The notes below the pieces were generated by a model that saw nothing but the letters and a program-made list of their open reading frames with translations, was not told the origin of the DNA and did no database searches. From positions 19,220,001 to 19,284,000 of the forward strand of contig CM022670.1 in assembly GCA_012295275.1 (NCBI GenBank): DNA of 64,000 nucleotides, given 5' to 3'. This DNA comes from Chrysomallon squamiferum (lineage: Eukaryota > Animalia > Mollusca). Positions within the stretch are counted from its first letter, which is position 1, and each line of letters opens with the position of its first letter. The position numbers and the translations under genes are program-made. Of this stretch, positions 40,071 through 54,732 are shown in pieces.

Positions 40071-41489
40071 TGCTGTAGAATATACCTCTTCTTTTTTACC
40101 CCCTAAATTTAAAATTATTTAAAATGCCTTATTGTTAGATAAAGCTTTATAACAGTACTAATTAATTCAGATAAAAAAATTATCTGCAGATTTATTGCAT
40201 CATCATCATCATCATTATAACAAATTAATATAAATATAAAATTTTGATTAAAACAAAATTAGGCTAACAAATGAAAAATGTTCTCATGAATATTCATAAT
40301 TTATTTCAGGGTATACTTTACATGTATTTATGTTAATTCAATTATAATTGGCATGTTTATGCAATACACGTTAGGTGTCAGCAGCCTGCCTGTGGTAACA
40401 TTAGCACAGAACACATTTGTATGCATGAATGTAACAATGACACAACATTATCTATTAGGCGACATATCTTTACTGCTTATTTAAATGTTTTTATACTTAG
40501 GTCAGTTATTAAGTAATACTGCTGAGGATGTCTGAAAATTATAAGGATTTGTTTGGTCATTCTATTTAGCTTTATTGTTAGAACAAACAAAACAGAAATG
40601 AAGATTTATTAATATGTACATAGATATTTTTTTTTATATAAATGCTTAGAGATTCTAATAAATATTTTTGGTTCAAAGCTAAATAAAATTATGATTTCCT
40701 CAAGATGATCAGATTTTAAAGTAAAGTAATATTTATTTATCTATTCTAGCAAATGTTTCAGTTTTGAATCAGCTAAATGTTTGTAGTAAACAGTCTTATT
40801 AAATTTGGTAAAAATGTGATGCAAAATCTGATATAATTTTAAATTGTTATTTATCAGATATGAAAGTCATATTTGCTGATGTAGAAATTTTTAGCTATGA
40901 AAAATATTAAGCTGGAAAAGCTCAGCAACAATAAAAAGACTACTGTTATCATAATTCAAAACCATAATATAATTTTATATTTTGATACAAAGAATTTAAT
41001 ATCAAGTCTCTATCAATAAGAGAGAGAGAGAGAAAAACATCCTGTTAACTTATAAAAGCATCAAACAGATTTCAATTTTCTTTCAAAAGCTATACTGTTC
41101 TGTATGTATTGATCATCTTGCCCTGATGTCACATGAAAATGACTGTTCTTAATAATTAAAAGAAAGAAAAAAGCCAATATATTTTAATTAAGTCACCAAA
41201 ACTGGCAAGAAGCACATATTTGTGATACTTTAACTCAAGACTCTGTGAGGTTTGAACAGTATTAACTTTGTCTCACCAAGCTTGTAAAAAGATTAGCATG
41301 CAAAGTCATGTTGCTGACAATGCCACATTGCACACAAGGAAGAAGTAAAGGAAAAAAAATGAGTTTTTGAAAGTATAAAAAAAAGTGCCTGGGTCAAAAA
41401 TGTCAGATTCATCCATGTCAAACATGAAGCAAAATATGCTGCAAATAATATATGGTTTAAACAAAAAAAAAAAGAAAGAAAGAAAAGAA

Positions 41490-41700
41490 TGAGAAAAAAA
41501 GGTTTAAGAAGCCAGTTCTGCACAGAAATACCTTGAATAAAATTTATGAAAAAGAAGGGAAGGAATAAAAAGGAAGAGAGATTTTTTAGGGAAAAAAAAT
41601 TAAGGTTTATAACAAAAGATCTGTATCTGTCAGTCTCACACTGAAATATCATGAGCAGAATTTATGAAAAAGAAAAGAAAAATAAAGAAAAGAATGAATC
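41490..41700. repeat. Diverged tandem duplication, about 118-bp offset
   Basis: aatttatgaaaaagaa at 41541 and 41659, each preceded by aaggttta...cac..gaaata. Confidence 0.6.
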
Positions 41701-42329
41701 CATTAGAAACTGTTGGACATGTCCAGAGACAACAAAACACCCACAAGTAGTGGCCAAGAGCCCTTTGGTCAAGAAATTACAATTAATGGACATCTTTGGT
41801 CCATAACTTCCACTTGATCAGTTTATCATGGATTGACCCATGCTGGCTTTTTTGCCTTCTGATTAAATCTAAATGACTGGATTATTAAAAAGATAAAATC
41901 ACAATAGATGCTGTAGACAGCACTGAGCTAGTTCTTTCTGACAATGGGAAGGAATTAAAGATACAATAGGGACAGCTTGGCTTCCAGATAAGTGAACACA
42001 TGAAATTGTTACTTAAAGGTCAGTATAGGTTCCTTGAATAATTTTGTATTTTGGACTGTCCTAAAACATCTGTCCAAACATTTGAAAAAACAAAATTTTC
42101 TCTCCAGTAAATATCATTAATTTGTTAAATTATTAGACAGAAAAATATTCAGTTTTAAAGAAAACAATACCAAAGCGAGAAGAATAAAAAAAGATAGAAA
42201 AAAAATAATAATCAGAAGAAAGAAAAAAATGTTTAAATGGCAAAATTTAAAAAAGAAAATTAAATAATAGAACAAAAAGGGCTTTACTGCATTAATACAA
42301 TAAAAATTCCACTTCACACAATAAACTAC

Positions 42330-42740
42330 TGGTCACTTGTCACAAGAGATGGACATGTGATATCCCAGCAGTCTGTGCAAGTGTCCAACCACACCATCCG
42401 TGTTTACCTGGGTGACAGGGGTCAGGGGCAGGTAATCAACAATGATTAATAACTTCTCCAAGGGCTATTGACAGTGGGGATTAATGGCCACTGCCAACCA
42501 AAGACATGACAATGATTCCAGGAACAGACGGATAAAGAGCCTGACCAAGTAATTCATTCTGCCAACTGCTTTGCCATTCGCTTGTCTCCAGCACTCTTTG
42601 CAAATTGTTTGTGTGCTTTTAACACCTTTTCAAGCCTTCCGTCCATAATCGTGACCTTATTGTTTACTTATTGCTAATAGCGGTCATTTCTCATTTTCAA
42701 TATGGCTGACAAGTTGTCTCTGTTTCTGAGGAAATTGAGA
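42330..42740. promoter_or_regulatory. Candidate intronic enhancer (GC-richer, CpG-retaining, motif-dense island)
   Basis: Six CpGs in about 300 bp. Motifs present: TGTTTAC x2, TGACAG x2, AACAAT abutting TGATTAAT, GGATTA, GATAA and TGACCT. No ORF with protein-like features. Confidence 0.4.
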
Positions 42741-45700
42741 TGGAGTGCTTTCTAACAACCAGATCTATAGAAGCCATTATTGTTCTATTTACTTATCCCC
42801 CCCAGTACATGTGCAAGGACCATTTCTCATCCTATAAAAGAATTGACAATTTTTGTGGTTTTCCTGAAATGAAGATGGACAGGTTTTTAAGAGCTTTGCT
42901 GTCTTTTTTTATGATTTTTCAAACAAAGGAATGAATTGATGACTTTATAGGCAAACAGAATTAACAAGCTTTTAGCCATGTAAAAAAACCTACTTAATTA
43001 TCTGCTTTCAGTTTTTACCTAGCAAGGTTAAAAGAATACAACATGTTATATGTGACAGGTTATTAAAAGCAATGAAAGACTACAGTTAAAAAAAGACCCA
43101 TACAAACCATGAGAAAGAGAAACATAAATTTTTTATTAAAGTAATTGCTGTATGTGAACCTTGTTATTTTTTTTTTATATCAATACCAGTGATACTGATT
43201 CTTCTAAACAAAATACATCAATAAGACAAAACAGGACATATACTGTGATATAGAAGAGTAAACAGTTTAAAAAAGAGGAATATTTTTGTTTAATGGACAT
43301 AATGGGATAAAAATAATATACATATGAAAAACAGAATGAGACAAGGAATGTAAAATAGCTCTAGTAAAATTTGTTAATAATAAGGTATGACAATAAACCA
43401 AATGCTATACATATTTTTTCTCATTCCTTACAAAAAGAAAAAAATTAATAGGAAACAAATAAATAAAAACAAACATGACCAATAGCTAAAAACCATTCTG
43501 GTTAACAAAGGTTAACAATAATTAAGAGAAAACTGGTTTTCTGACACTCACACCTGTAAATGTGATGAGCTCCTGTACATGTTTGTGGATGTCAAGGTGG
43601 AGGAAACTTCATTAAATTTGACACCTGACAGAAAACCAACAACCAAGAAGAGTCAGTCAGTTTGATAGCAGCTTGTTACAGAATGTCTTTACTCAATGTA
43701 AAGAATTAAGAAAGAACTGAAAAAAACACAACACCCCATTTGTGTCTGTGTACAGGTTTGTGTGCACAATATATCTGAAGGCTTAGATCTATTAATACAG
43801 AATTTATAAAGCAAGCAAATTTACAAAAATTTGATCGATTAGCAGAATTTAGTCAATAGTAACAAACAAACAAACAATAATGGAAATATTGCTGCTTCTG
43901 ATGATGATAATTGATAAACATTGAACATATTAATGATTTAGATTGTGAAATAAGACAAAATATTTTTTAAAAAAATTCTAGGAATTTAAAGAAGATTACT
44001 TGTATAATGTTATGTATGCTAGTAACTTTGGAAAAGCTGTTTGCTAAACAAACAAAAAAAAACCCGTTGTAACATAACCACAGACTTTCATTTTTATATT
44101 TTTAATAATATATTTTTCCATCATGATAAACATTAAAAATTATAACACACTGGAATAATTAATTGCTTCAAAGAAATATTATCAGTATAACTCCAGTATT
44201 AAACACTATGATAAATAACCCTTTCTGTGAAATATTTAGAAAAGCTACACCTGAAATATTATAAGGAGGTCATAATATAGGCAGTAAAGAAATAGGTGCA
44301 GTAATAAGATATGTAAAAAATGTCAGAATGACATCAGATCAACCAAGAAGTGTATGTTAAAAAAGAGACACAGCTGAATGATTCATCAGTAGCGTTAGCA
44401 ATCACTCAAAGTGGTACAGCCATGTCTTAATGTTACACAGCTTTTCATTCACTTCTGACAGGTGACATAACATTCGTTTGAACTACCCAATCACCGGATG
44501 ATGATGTCAATGTGGAATGATGGGTATGTCATTGCATGTCAACATACTGCTCTATCAAACAGATATATTTTAACATTTTGTCACTTAATGCAGGAAATCA
44601 TGAATAATTAAAAAAGATTTACAGAAAATTCAACCTGATATTTGTACATTTTATTCTTTTTATAACAGTTAACAAAATGGTGTGATTTAATCTCTCTTAT
44701 CTTCTTTTTCCTTTGTTCTTAATAAAACTGACTTTATCTGTCACTTCCTTCCTTTTTACTTCTTGTTTTTTTTTTTTTTTGATTTTTTTTTTCTTCCTTT
44801 CTCCTTGTAACCAATTGCTTTTTCCCTAACTCATTCACTCTGTCTTAATATGTGATTCACTTTCTCTCCTTAGTTCTCCATCTTAATATGTGATTCAACA
44901 TGGGATGCATAATAGAACAGGCTTTAGTTAATATTGCACTGTGGCACAGACATGTCAGAGCAGGTTAGGTCAGGTCAGGGCTGAGTAGAGCAGGGCAGGG
45001 CAAAATCACACAAACAGTTGAATCTCAGTGACACTCAATTTTCAATTAAAACAGATAAAAATACTATAACTGGTGAAAGTTGTATCAGTGCATTCAATCA
45101 AGACAATTAATTCAGCCAATCAAAGGATGTTTCAAACTGACAATATCAGATCTTTTTTCTAAGGCAATGCAACCATCAACCACTTCAGAAGGCCTTCAGC
45201 CATCCACTGAAGTGCTCAAATGAAACAGAAGACTTCATTATTTGCATTTCACAATGATAAAATTCAAACCAGCCATTGTTGGCAAAACAATATCAAGCCC
45301 TCATCAAGTTGAGCTAGGCATTCCTGCCAAGTGAGGGGTGGGGGACAGGCATCAGTCAGGTGGGACAATAGTCCCAGATGAGTAAAGGCAATTTCTATTG
45401 TCAGCAGAGATACTGTGAAAGATAACCTTGAAGTGAAACCAGTACTGGACTGCTTTTATGCCTGGTTTGCATGTGTGATGTTCTCATTTTCAAACCAGGA
45501 ATCAATTATGTGCCTTTTGATCTGCTTTTACACTGCAGCTAGTAATTAGAGATCCAGTAACCAGATGTTCATATGCTAGGTGAAGACCCTTCATTTTTAT
45601 AAAACAAGATTTTTTTCCATAATTAGCATAATGGTCTTCTGAAGAAACATGATAGTTTTTTTGTTATCAATTTTTAAATGGATTAACAAAATGTATTTTA

Positions 45701-46815
45701 GAATACATCTGTAAATTATACTGTGAGTGGAAATCTGCAGCAGACAGTGCTTGTACATCTATATATGAAATTTTCAGTAGTGAAAGTCTGTGAATAAATA
45801 AATGAATATAGCTAACTACTGATAAACTGGTTTTAATTTCCTTAGTGCATTCAGAAAAAAAGAACATAAATAAAATGAAAAAACCCCCACCACATTATAA
45901 ACTTCTACTTACAAAATAAATGGCTTTTCTCAGCCAATTTATAAAACCTTATTAAAAGATGTGTATATTTTATGTGCATGTTTACATGTTTGTGTTTGTA
46001 CTGTGTGTGTTTGTTCATAACATAATAATAATAATAATAAATAAATAAATAATAGTACAAATTTTAAAAATTTAATTTTCAATTTGAGTTCAAACTACTG
46101 TGTAATGCATATCACAGTCCATTTCCCCTGTTGTTTATAAAAGCTCAAACAACAGATCCCAGGCTGTAGTTTTGAGTTACCGACAGGAAAAACTGGATTA
46201 AATATTCAAATGACACTCAAGTCATCACTCCTTGGCAACAATTTAAAGAATCTGTCACTGAATAGTCACTGGAGGGATCAACACAGAACTAAATTCCCAC
46301 AATGCACCTGGTGTGAGGATTTAACACTTTAAATTATAATAAGGCAAATTATAGAGTTTTTGATACTCCACTTGACCCTTGTGCTTTGATATGGTATGTT
46401 CTGGTAGTATTATATTAAAGGTGATGGACAGGTATGTCCAGGTGTCTGACTACAACCATCTGTCTTGTCTTTCACCTGATATTGTAAACAATACCATATT
46501 TTTAATATTTAGATTCAAAAACTGTTTTCTTAACATGCAGGTTTACGGTTTCAGTAATGATTTAAACTAAAAACATGCCATGGATTTAGCTGTATTTGTA
46601 ATGTAAGGATATATTTTGATAACCAATGTTGTAATGGTTATCCTGATTGAAAAATATTTAGAAAAATAACAATTCATTTATTTTCCCTCAGTTTCCTATA
46701 AAACAAACCAAAAACGAAATACCTAAAGCCAATATCACAAAACCCCAACACAATAACAAACCAAACAAATAAACAAATAAATAAAATCAATTAATGTTTT
46801 ATGACCTCATTTATA

Positions 46816-46856
<41 letters not shown>

Positions 46857-48669
46857 TTAAATTTATATTTATTATTATTTACTGAACTAAAATAACTTTT
46901 TTCTTTATTAATATAATTTAAAAAAGAATAACAATAAATGTATGTTACTGTTGGTTTTCTCAGACCGTGGCGTTTGGAAAGTTAATATTGAAACACAGAT
47001 GTTTTATACACACAACATATGGTCATTTCTAATTACTTGCTAGCCACAGACTCACCATGCTTTTTTAATTTTTAATCCTTTTCATATCATTAATTTAAGC
47101 TGTGCATTTATTTATTTATGCTTGCTACTTTTTAATTTTTGGGTAGTTTTCATTCTTCTTCTTCCTTTTTTTTTTTAACCCAACTTTTTCATAAAGCAAT
47201 GTGTACTAATTATTTCCTGTGTTGGAGTGTTTGTAAAAATTTTAGAATAATTTATTTTAATACAAATACTTTAACCTCTTTAGAAAAACATCAGATGGTA
47301 AAAAAAAAAAAATAATAAAGCAGGATGTAGCAAATATCACTAGAAATGAATACGAAATCACAAACTAGAGGTTTAAGCACTTTTTAATAGATATTAAGCA
47401 AACACTTGATGTCAGAAATGATCCTGTCCACAAATGAACTTACTGACTAAAAAAACATACCTGTGCAAACATTACAAACTTAAAAAACATGTACATAGAC
47501 GTTCTTCTAAAAAATGTTTCTGTCTTCTTTTCATGAGTGCTTATAATTTCAGAAATGAACATTGTACATTTGACCCAAGTAACTGAGGTCAAACAAATAA
47601 AGGAAAACAACGCTTCCCATGTTTTGGTGTCCTGCTGGGAGTGAAATGCTGAAGAAGAAATACCAGTAAAACTTTTCAAAGGATCAAGCTCTACTGGAGA
47701 TTAATATAAAAATTTCCCTTTCACAAACTTGCTTATGCCAATGATGGGGCAACCCACAGCTGAAGTCATTTTATTAGCTGCAAATGGAGATGCCTGTGAT
47801 TTGGAACAATAAAAATTTAGCAGGTGAGGAAGTCACTAGCTCACCATTGTTGTGACACTGAATGTATATTGGATGTCCATTTGATGTCCACTGCAGGTCC
47901 ACCAAGTGTGTTTGCTGATGCTGCTCTACTTTGTCAGTGAAAGAAAGGAATGCATTTACTGCTGTTGTGCATTGAATGTGAGAAAAAAAAGCTGTTATGT
48001 TGGTAACTAACAATCACTGACAATAAAGTGTCAGTCCTAAGTAATAAAAAATATATAAACATTTCATCTATCAGTGTCATGAACATAGCAATATTCGTAA
48101 GTGTGTCTGATTATGTTAATTTTATTGTGATATGAATTAATAAATTAATTAGTGAAAAAATATTAGTTTCATGTATAGACAAAATCCTGTACATCTCTTG
48201 ATGATAAAACTGTAGATTCTAATATTTTCCAAATATATACCTTTTAATTTATACATCATTTCTGAAGTAAAGAAACAAACTTTAAAATAATAAGCAAACA
48301 TAACTCAGTATTTAGATATGGAAGATTAGAAATACTAAATAAAATAAGAAAATTTTATAAACTTAACAATTTCAAATAGTTATTTGATTATTACTCACAT
48401 TATCATACAGTAATGATATCAAAGAAAGGATGTTTTATATTCTGTTATTAAAATTATGTCACATGGAGCTTTTAGTTATAACATTTATTTACTTGTATGC
48501 ACATCATACATTTCATATCACAACATGAAGGTCAGTCAGCCACTGTAACAAGTAAACACAATCATATCTGTTTGATGTTCATAACAAAGTGGAATGTGAT
48601 AACACTTCTGTACCATGCACAAATGTGAATTATATCTCAAAACAACAAGATAATATTATATTAGCTTTG

Positions 48670-48672
<3 letters not shown>

Positions 48673-48726
<54 letters not shown>
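48673..48726. repeat. (CA)n microsatellite
   Basis: Direct reading. Confidence 0.98.
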
Positions 48727-48728
<2 letters not shown>

Positions 48729-51686
48729 GATTATAATTACAATCGTGATGATAATAAATATAAAAATAAAAGTAAAAACAAGCATATATTTACATATAAA
48801 AAACTAAATAACATATTTAAATTTTGTTGAGAAAGAAAATAAAACTGTCAAAACAAAAATGGCAGTTCTTGCCAGTCATGATTATTTTTTTGATATTTTT
48901 TCAGCAACAAGGGACTTTTTATGAATACATCATAATGTCCTTTGTAATAGAAATAAGAAAAATACTTGACTTGTTGGAAACACAATGTACACATCACACC
49001 AAAGTAAACTATTCCTGTGTCAAGTATGTTATTTCATAATCTATGTTTAAATGTGGGTGAGAAAAGCAGGTTACATACGGGCAGAAATATTCATCTGACA
49101 TGCATTTAATCATCAGTTACTGTATGGAGACACATGTACATGTTAATTAAGCAAAGAAAGGAAAATCCTGGTTCATGCATATTTATAAACTATCTTACAC
49201 AGTGTTACATGGGATTGGTTTAATTTGAATTACAGTTTAGGATAAACACTACTAAAGTCAAAAAATGTGCTGATGAAAAAAAAAAAAAAAAGGAAATACC
49301 AACGAAAATAAAACACTGGTAATAATAAATCAAGGTAGCCATTTTGTTTTTGTTTTTTTTGTTCAGTTTTGCCACTTTTGGATGATATTATTGAGGACAT
49401 TTTGTCTACATACAAAACATCCTACATTTGTATATTGTACAAGCTTGATAAAAATCTTATTAAATATTTAGTAACATCATTGGTCCTGGCTAATAGAATC
49501 TTTTCATATCACTCAATAAAATAATATGAATAGAATATAAATAGAAATGATTTTCTTGAAGAATCTATTTTTTTGTTTCAAGACATTCTGCTATTTGTTG
49601 ACGAAATTACGTTTTTATATATGTTTGGTTTTAAAAATAAAATATCTTAGAATTCATACAATGTAATTATAGACTATAAATATGAAACTGCCGTTCCTGA
49701 TCCTATCATATTGATATCTGGAATCAGTCAAGTTTGTTAAAAGAAAATAATAATAATGATAATTAAAATACATATTATATGAAAAAAATTAAGCAAGAAC
49801 AATATATTTTTTTTAATTTCAAATCCCCAGGAAAATTCAGGGATAGAAGCAATACCCCCCCCCACTCAACACAAAGCTGCTTCAAGTTCAGAATAAAAGG
49901 TAGCTGGGAAATCCAGGTCAATTTTATTCATGTGAGGATTATAGGATTAACTGTTTTATTATTTATTCATTCTGCTGTTGTATGTAGTGTATTGTATAAT
50001 ATGAATCATACACACACACACTGAAAATATACACAAACTCAGTATGAACTACATGACCTTATTTACTTAGTACAATTTTGGTAGCATTATTCATTTCTTA
50101 TTATTCATTCATTCATTGCCTTTATTTATTATTTATTTTTATATATTTAATGATTTTATCATAATCATTATTCTTTTGTTTTTTCTTTATCTTATTATTA
50201 CATTCAAATCAGAAATTTCTTAAATTTTAAAAATAATACTGAGTAATTATACCTATGTATTTTTAAAATTTAAGACATATATCAATATATGTATAATTAT
50301 TTTAAAAAATAATAATAAATAAACAAAAAGAAAATCTTCGAAAAAATCAACACACCAAAATATTATCTTCTCATCAAATATATGCAACATCAATCTGTTA
50401 CATCCATATTCCTGCTTTTTATGCTGATATTATTTTCTAGTCAAATAATTTTCCAGAATAAATGGCCTTTAATAAGACATACACTTATCTGTATGTCTGT
50501 ACATGTGTGTGTGTGGTGGAACAGAATATACCATCGCATGTGTTAAACTCATACCTTTCAGTATTCAATTACTTTTCGACAGATTAGAGCTTGCTCAGCA
50601 GAAGCAGTTTTCATCATCACCCACAAAATGAAGTTAAGTTCCAATGAGGCGTACACTTGCATGCATTAGTCTTGTTCAAAGTGACATTTCACAAGATAAG
50701 GAGAAAAAAGTTCCAATAAAAAAGAGATAAAAGCCAAAGAATCCATTTTCAGAATAAATTATTTTTAATTTTTTTTTTTATTGAAATGAGTTTAAACTAT
50801 TATGAAATTTGTTAGTAACACCATATATATTTATGTTATATAGATTCTGCATTGGTTTATGCAGATTCATTTTTGTTTTAAAAAATTTTGTAAAACCTCT
50901 GTGTGTATTTTATTAAAAAAATTCAACTGAAAGAAAATATAATTATGTTTAACAAACTGGATTTCATTATATTTATATTGCTTACAGTAAAACAAACAAT
51001 TAACATTGAAATAACAAACACTGAAACGTATTATAAATGTTATTTTATAAATTTGTAAAAATACATTTAATGACAAAAGTAAAAACTATCAAAAACAGAA
51101 CATAAAGACATGTCATGGATCTTTTCTGTGTTTTTTGTGTTAGCAGATCTAAATCAGCATGTGTATCAAATCTGCTGAACTGTTTAACTCCCTTAAATAA
51201 TGTTAATAAAAATAGTAGTAGTAGTAGATGAATTAAAAAAATATTTAAAAAATATATTAAATCTTTCTTTCATTGTGCGTTCATTTCCTTTTTCACATTG
51301 ACTTTTGAACACAATTCACACACGATATGTATCTGTCTATGTAAGAGTATAGATTGATGTACATACTATATACAAATGTTAAAATACTGTACTTTTTTTT
51401 ATTGCATAACATAACTGTAACATTTTAGGCAGGAAAATGGTAAATCTAGGTATTGATAAAGCTGATCTGTTTTTCAGTCTAGACGTAGAGGAAAATGAAA
51501 AATGACCAGTGCATTCAGTAATATTACTTTCCATACATCATCTGTAAATACCTTTGCTGCAAGCCTGACAAAATGCAGTAACATAACTGGCAACACCTTT
51601 GTATTCATTAACATTTTTGCTTGACATGCAACAAACAAATTAGCCATTATTTTACCTCTTTTCAGATATAACACTTTCACATTTCT

Positions 51687-51691
<5 letters not shown>

Positions 51692-51740
<49 letters not shown>
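51692..51740. repeat. Poly(A) run of 49 nt
   Basis: Direct reading; the longest of many homopolymer tracts. Confidence 0.95.
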
Positions 51741-51742
<2 letters not shown>

Positions 51743-53464
51743 AGAAAGAAGAAGGAAGGAACAAACTCCCAGTGGCATTCACCTACATATAGCCAGTGTA
51801 TTGCAGGTGAAATGTGTTAGAGTTGTAAAATCGAAATAGGCTACACAAAGCAGGCATTGATCACTTTGAATGGTGAGCAGTCTGTGTGAAACTATTATAG
51901 CTAAATAATGACCATAACTACAGAATAGGGCTATGAATGAATCTGTCACAGGCTGAGTGTAGACAGAAAACCGAGGTCTACAGTACATTTTTACCCATAA
52001 AATAAAATACTAACTCAAAGTAGGATAATAAAAAAAAGAAAAAAAAAAGGTTATTCTTAATAATGATAACATAGTTAATGGACATACCAGTTACCTTTTA
52101 CAAAATAGATATAAAAACATATTTATCTCAAACTGTCATACTACCTGGATATGAAATACAAAAAGAAAATACTATTGAAATAAGATTTCAATATGTAATA
52201 ATTACACTAGGTGTATATTTTAACAGCAAAGAGAAAAATGTTACTGTCCTACACAGTAATGTGTCAAAAAAACCTGTTTCATTACAGAATGTTTTTCTGT
52301 AATGAAAATGCAATCTGTCTTCAGAAAATGTCACACATGAAGTGAAAGCAGGGTGTTGTGTGCAAGGTAAAAATTTGACACTTGCATTCAATACATTTAA
52401 TGATGAGGAAATTTTCAGTGTAAGTGAAAGCCCTAAAAACTAATATTTAATAGAAAGGTATGTTAACAAAATTCAGTCAATATAATTTTATATGGCTGTA
52501 ATAATACATTCACTGAATAAACACAACACCTGAATTAAATTTTATATATATATATTTAACAAATTATGTTTATTCAGAAATGCTTTGAAGACAGAATATA
52601 AAACTTTAAAAAATTACCTATATCTCAATTTAAAACTTAAATTAACTTGGAACTGATTCTGAATGAGATAAAAAATAGCCATTTTTAGTTTTCAATACAG
52701 TCACAGGTAATTTTTAGATGTTTTTCATTCTGTTACATACAGACTAACGGTTTTAGATTTTGTTACAGGTAAGTTTTAAAAGCTTTATAGTCTAAAATAT
52801 ACATTTTTCAGAGGTTTTAGAATCAGCTACATACTAAGTAACTTAAGGAATGCTGAATTAAAACATCGGAACACATGAAAGGTTAAATACCTTTTAAAAC
52901 ATTTTAGATATTTGAAATGGCTGGCTTCTTGCTACTATCAACATTATACAAAAATGTATCATAAATTAGACACACCTTACCTTATGAATCATTTGAATCT
53001 ATAGCGATAATAACTGTCAAAGATACATATATAAAACATGATTACAGAAGACTGCACAAATGAATGAATGTTTAACAACATAGAACAAAACTATGTCAGC
53101 TGTTATTATTAGGCGTCAGAAATAAAAAGAAAACAACAAAAACCCGACCCCACAAAAACAAAACAAACAAAAAACACCCAAAATCCACCACACACACACA
53201 TACACACACATACAAAAGAGCAAATTTTATATGTTTTATTGGTGTGTCAACTGGAAAATTAAACTCATCTGCAACTATACAGAACATTAATAGCAAATAT
53301 GTATTTAATTCATGCATCAAGCCATCATAACATTAACAGTGATTAGATAAAAATAAAAATAAAGATTTGTTTTATAATGATAAATGATATAAAAATAAGA
53401 TATGTATAAAACACCACAAACAAATTCATATGCACATACATCTCTACACACAGTGAAACAAATA

Positions 53465-53700
53465 CAGTATATATATAGACACACATAAGAGTTGCCCTAG
53501 TGTAGGTCTAGAGACCTGTTACACATACACACAACCTGACAGGCCTATACACAGACACATGACCTGATAAGCCTATACACAGACACATGACCTGACATGC
53601 CTTAACATAGACACACACATATATATACAATATTTATATAGACACATACAAAAAAAACTGATTTGTTTAGAGTTGCCCTAATGTAGGTCTAGAGATCTGA
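53465..53700. repeat. Tandem duplication (181-bp offset) enclosing a 28-bp x3 minisatellite
   Basis: agagttgcccta.tgtaggtctagaga.ctg at 53488 and 53669; acctga at 53534, 53562 and 53590. Confidence 0.9.
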
Positions 53701-54019
53701 TCCTATCATCTTCAAGTTTCAAGAACTGATAGCTTCACCATAGAGCCATTAAAATGCGAGTTGCCACAGAGCCATTAAAACCTAAATTGACGATTTATCA
53801 GCATAAACTCTATTAGAAGTGACCTTCATTTAACCAGACACACAAGAGATAGATTACAGGCCTGGAATTTCTAATTGAATAGTATTCTTAATCACTTGGA
53901 TAAGGATCAGTCAATTTATCTCAACTCAGCACCAATAATTCACCTTTGTTTCACCTTGCCTGCCTTCTCTACTAACAATATGCATTGTTAATTAAATCCT
54001 TATTTGAAGCTTCTGTTCA

Positions 54020-54480
54020 TGAGGTGGCAAAGATCTTTGTTAATTGTTCAGGTATATCATGGAGTAAACTATTTTATGCTGGTTGCAAGTTGGCAAAGAT
54101 CATAGTTAATTGTACCCATGTATCATATAGCTGAATTATTTTGTGCAATAAATATGCAAGGTACATGCTAATTCTATAAATGTATCATGGAAGTAAATTA
54201 TTTTATGCAGGTATATAATGGAAGAAATGTTATATTCAGAAGCATAATACTGCAGTTGCACATGTTTATATAAGTAAATAAAGAAATGTATTTATTAAAA
54301 TATATATACATATATATCACAGGTATTATTTAACAAGTGTATTGTAATTGAATACTACATATAAATGCAGCTAAGGAAATATGTAGGTATACACTAACTG
54401 AAATACATTACATATGCAAGTAAATCACAGAGGTAAATTATATATGCACATATCGCACGGAGATGTATTAAATATGCAGT
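54020..54480. repeat. Degenerate minisatellite (about 29-bp subunit gtatatcatggagtaaattattttatgca; about 65-bp higher-order unit)
   Basis: tggcaaagatc.t.gttaattgt occurs twice, and tatcatgga...attattttatgc recurs to about 54480. Confidence 0.7.
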
Positions 54481-54696
54481 TAGAAATGTGTAAATTCATC
54501 ACATTTTAAAATAACTTGTATTAGTCATGTCAAAGCAAGATTATAAATGTAAATAGAGCAACTGTATCTAATTTACAATATGTTGATAATGGGCTGAGGT
54601 TGGAATTGTTTTTTACGTTTATTATTACTCTTTTTTTGGTATTGATGACTGTTTTCATGTCTAAGGCATCTTTTCAGTAGTTATTCTATAAAACAA

Positions 54697-54698
<2 letters not shown>

Positions 54699-54730
<32 letters not shown>
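54699..54730. repeat. (AC)n microsatellite
   Basis: Direct reading. Confidence 0.98.

Positions 54731-54732
<2 letters not shown>

Noticed and set aside
14741-41723. p53-like RRRCATGYYY words (14741, 41714 and others)
   Set aside because: Isolated half-sites; CATG is inflated by CpG decay and no tandem full site was seen.
13432-54480. Tandem repeats as a CRISPR-like repeat-spacer array
   Set aside because: Eukaryotic intron; units are contiguous and diverged, with no constant repeat plus unique spacers and no cas genes.
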